64,000 nt of DNA from Macrostomum hystrix (Eukaryota; Animalia; Platyhelminthes): the NCBI GenBank assembly GCA_950097015.1, contig CATNEN010000005.1, positions 4,898,001-4,962,000 on the forward strand. Reading direction: 5' to 3'. Shown in pieces: positions 61,201 to 64,000 of this stretch. The position numbers and the translations under genes are program-made. The notes under the pieces are model-generated. The model was given only the letters and a program-made list of their open reading frames with translations. It searched no databases and had not been told where the DNA came from. Numbering within the stretch: the stretch's first letter is position 1; every line of letters begins with the position of its first letter.

Positions 61201-63449
61201 AGTTCAATTGGTATTAGACACAGTTCAATTGGTATTAGACACAGTTCAATTGGTATTAGACACAGTTCAATTGGTATTAGACACAGTTCAATTGGTATTA
61301 GACACAGTTCAATTGGTATTAGTCACAGTTCACTTGGTATTAGACACAGTTCAATTGGTATTAGACACAGTTCAATTGGTATTAGACACAGTTCAATTGG
61401 TATTAGACACAGTTCAATTGGTATTAGACACAGTTCAATTGGTATTAGTCACAGTTCACTTGGTATTAGACACAGTTCTGACATGTTAGACACAGTTCTG
61501 GCATGTTAGACACAGCTCTCCTATGTTAGACACAGTTCGATTGGTATTAGACACAGTTCAACTGGTATTAGACACAGTTCAATTGGTATTAGACACAGTT
61601 CAACTGGTATTAGACACAGTTCAATTGGTATTAGACACAGTTCATTTGGTATTAGACACAGTTCTGCCATGTTAGACACAGGATGTTAGACACAGTTCTC
61701 TGGATGTTAGACACAGTTCTCTGGATGTTAGACACAGTTCTCTGGATGTTAGACACAGTTCTCTGGATGTTAGACACAGTTCTCTGGATTTTAGACGCAG
61801 TTCTCTGGATTTTAGACACAGTTCTCTGGATGTTAGACGCAGTTCTCTGGATGTTAGACACAGTTCTCTGGATGTTAGACACAGTTCTCTGGATTTTAGA
61901 TACAGTTCTCTGGATTTTAGATACAGTTCTCTGGATTTTAGATACAGTTCTCTGGATTTTAGATACAGTTCTCTGGATTTTAGATACAGTTCTCTGGATT
62001 TTAGATACAGTTCTCTGGATTTTAGATACAGTTCTCTGGATTTTAGATACAGTTCTCTGGATTTTAGATACAGTTCTCTGGATTATAGATACAGTTCTCT
62101 GGATTTTAGATACAGTTCTCTGGATTTTAGACACAGTTCTCTGGATTTTAGATACAGTTCTCTGGATTTTAGATACAGTTCTCTGGATTTTAGATACAGT
62201 TCTCTGGATTTTAGATACAGTTCTCTGGATTTTAGATACAGTTCTCTGGATTTTAGATACAGTTCTCTGGATTATAGATACAGTTCTCTGGATTTTAGAT
62301 ACAGTTCTCTGGATTATAGATACAGTTCTCTGGATTATAGATACAGTTCTCTGGATTTTAGATACAGTTCTCTGGATTTTAGACACAGTTCTCTGGATGT
62401 TAGACACAGTTCTCTGGATTTTAGACACAGTTCTCTGGATGTTAGACACAGTTCTCTGGATTTTAGATACAGTTCTCCGGATGTTAGACACAGTTCTCTG
62501 GATTTTAGATACAGTTCTCCGGATGTTAGACACAGTTCCCTTGGTGTTAGGCACCGGAAATGTTTCAACTCACCCCCACTGCAGGTTGGATAGCGGTGAT
62601 GGGTGCCATAAACTCACCCCCACTGCAGGTTGGATAGCGGTGATGGGTGCCATAAACTCACCCCCACTGCAGGTTGGATAGCGGTGATGGGTGCCATAAA
62701 CTCACCCCCACTGCAGGTTGGATAGCGGTGATGGGTGCAATAAACTCACCCCCACTGCAGGTTGGATAGCGGTGATGGGTGCCATAAACTCACCCCCACT
62801 GCAGGTTGGATAGCGGTGATGGGTGCAATAAACTCACCCCCACTGCAGGTTGGATAGCGGTGATGGGTGCAATAAACTCACCCCCACTGCAGGTTGGATA
62901 GCGGTGATGGGTGCAATAAACTCACCCCCACTGCAGGTTGGATAGCGGTGATGGGTGCCATAAACTCACCCCCACTGCAGGTTGGATAGCGGTGATGGGT
63001 GCCATAGCTCTGCTAGTGCTGACAGACTTTGCCGATTTGGACACCCTGCTGCACCGCATCGAGTGGAGCACTCTGGTGTTCTTTGCCGCATTGTTCGCCA
63101 TGATGGAAGCGCTGGGCCAGCTGGGTCTGACTGGCTGGATTGGAGATCAGGTTCGCCAAGTCATTCTGGCACTGCCCGAGTCTGCTAGGCTTCCAGTGGC
63201 GCTCATTGTGATCCTGTGGACCAGTGCTGTGGCTTCTGCGTTCATTGATAACATTCCATTCACCGCGGCTATGGTACCTGTGGTGCTGCAGCTTGGCGAC
63301 CTGCTGCCACTGCTGCCTCTGGTTTGGGCCCTGGCTTTCGGCGTGTGCTTCGGCGGCAACGGCACACTGATTGGAGCTTCGGCGAATGTTGTTGCGGCCG
63401 GGGTGGCCGAACAGAACGGATACCCGTTTAGCTTTGTGCACTTCTTGCG
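55265..63449 (+). CDS. oca2: P protein / OCA2-like (ArsB/NhaD-type) 12-TM transporter, 3'-partial; exons 55265-55486, 56201-56273, 57285-57439, 57504-57592, 58179-58707, 59281-59748, 60653-60761, 62981-63449; last exon beyond the window
   Basis: OCA2-family motifs [41 protein letters not shown]|[23 protein letters not shown]|[32 protein letters not shown]. Intron phases 0,1,0,2,0,0,1,2 are all consistent. Orthology versus paralogy not tested. Confidence 0.92.
55640..55945 (-). mobile_element. SINE family A copy in P-protein intron 1, inverted relative to 54915-55232
   Basis: GCTGACTCCTGAGCACAC...TGTACATCTG...GCGGAATCGAGCTCAGGAACCTTGGTG...ACCGCTCTGCC. Confidence 0.83.
56100..56165 (+). mobile_element. 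SINE family B fragment
   Basis: GGTGTCCCCCCAGTCCATGGACTGAAC...CAGCCTT, the reverse of the family B body. Confidence 0.65.
56325..56356 (+). repeat. Interstitial (TTAGGG)5 telomeric-type repeat
   Basis: Five perfect TTAGGG units in P-protein intron 2. Confidence 0.9.
56780..57200. repeat. 19-bp minisatellite (TGTTAGACAAGTACACACC)n
   Basis: About 21 copies in P-protein intron 2. Confidence 0.95.
57645..58156. repeat. 20-bp perfect minisatellite (TGTTAGACACAGCTCTCCCA)n
   Basis: About 25 identical copies ending about 22 nt before the acceptor at 58178. Confidence 0.97.
58696..58920 (+). repeat. 15-bp tandem array of the exon-5 donor junction (CTCATTGCTCAG|G[TC]A)n
   Basis: 15 units; GT-bearing units at 58708, 58738, 58813, 58828, 58873, 58888, 58903 and 58918. 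Confidence 0.93.
58925..59060. repeat. Short array of the 16-bp TCTCCCGTGTCTCATC minisatellite
   Basis: Same unit as 21575-24740. Confidence 0.9.
59795..60410. mobile_element. Decayed MITE/foldback-like element with about 150-bp imperfect TIRs (59795-59938 / 60247-60410)
   Basis: TTCAAAGCCGTTCGACGTAAGCATCGTCAAG...GATTCTTGTCG pairs with CCGACAAGAATC...CTTGACGATGTTGACGTCGGACGGCTTTGAA; the outer parts also align; TSD not identified. Confidence 0.65.
60921..61670. repeat. 21-bp minisatellite (TATTAGACACAGTTCAATTGG)n
   Basis: About 35 copies, preceded by one unit of the 57645-58156 20-mer. Confidence 0.96.
61680..62540. repeat. 21-bp minisatellite (TTTTAGA[TC]ACAGTTCTCTGGA)n
   Basis: About 40 copies; source of the WILDTVL ORF. 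Confidence 0.96.
62568..63006 (+). repeat. 44-bp tandem array of the exon-8 acceptor junction (ACTCACCCCCACTGCAG|GTTGGATAGCGGTGATGGGTGC[CA]ATAA)x10
   Basis: CAG ends at 62584+44k for k=0..9; the last copy (62980) opens the conserved [12 protein letters not shown] exon. Confidence 0.95.
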
Positions 63450-63514
63450 GTGAGACTCTGCTCTCTGTTCTGCTCTCAAACTAATTGGTTGTTTAAATTT
63501 GTAAGTTTTTCACT

Positions 63515-64000
63515 GTGGTGACGCGTTTGAAGATGTTGGTTTTGTCTCTGCAGTGACGCGTTTGAAGATGTTGGTTTTGTCTCTGCAGTGACGCGTTTGA
63601 AGATGTTGGTTTTGTCTCTGCAGTGACGCGTTTGAAGATGTTGGTTTTGTCTCTGTAGTGCCGCGTTTGAAGATGTTGGTTTCGTCTCTGTAGTGACGCG
63701 TTTGAAGATGTTGGTTTTGTCTCTGCAGTGACGCGTTTGAAGATGTTTGTTTCATCTCTGTAGTGCCACGTTTGAAGATGTTGGTTTCGTCTCTGTAGTG
63801 CCACGTTTGAAGATGTTGGTTTCGTCTCTGCAGTGACGCGTTTGAAGATGTTGGTTTCGTCTCTGCAGTGACGCGTTTGAAGATGTTGGTTTCGTCTCTG
63901 TAGTGCCGCGTTTGAAGATGTTGGTTTCGTCTCTGTAGTGACGCGTTTGAAGATGTTGGTTTTGTCTCTGCAGTGACGCGTTTGAAGATGTTTGTTTCAT
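63515..64000. repeat. 35-bp minisatellite (GTGACGCGTTTGAAGATGTTGGTTTTGTCTCTGCA)n, runs off the window
   Basis: At least 14 copies in the last P-protein intron. Confidence 0.95.

Noticed and set aside
57645-62540. CRISPR-like arrays
   Set aside because: Contiguous repeats without unique spacers, eukaryotic context and no cas genes
60860-64000. LDTVQLV, WILDTVL and QRQNQHL repeat ORFs
   Set aside because: Intronic 21- and 35-bp arrays of the P-protein gene

Overview
Eukaryotic (metazoan) genomic DNA. The intronic 10-44 bp minisatellites, CAG-rich polyQ/polyA coding tracts, short AT-rich introns and TTAGGG suggest a free-living flatworm such as Macrostomum; this is inference, not verified. I reconstructed six spliced genes by hand with GT-AG sites and phase-consistent exons: FoxF (+, 4 exons), an ankyrin-repeat/TRPM-like channel (+), an SLC16/MCT-like MFS transporter (-, 6 exons), Rab6 (+, 8 exons), a GPI-type aminopeptidase P (+, 2 exons) and an OCA2/P-protein-like transporter (+, running off the window end). 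A 9.37-kb, apparently intact Ty3/Gypsy element (852-bp LTRs, 4-bp TSD, PBS, PPT, GGGAAAC -1 slip site) sits antisense in Rab6 intron 2. There are also two tRNA-derived SINE families, a decayed long-TIR MITE family and about 25 tandem arrays. The most interesting observations are: (1) the last Rab6 intron has U12 (minor spliceosome) signals and is followed by two alternative 68-nt terminal exons, both ending in a CXC prenylation motif; (2) tandem arrays built from the splice junctions themselves, namely a 15-bp in-frame donor array and a 44-bp acceptor array with nine decoy 3' splice sites in the P-protein gene; (3) a TRPM-type pore fused to about 11 ankyrin repeats; (4) inverted minisatellite arms around ~700-bp cores. 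Most long ORFs in the supplied track are artefacts of tandem repeats.
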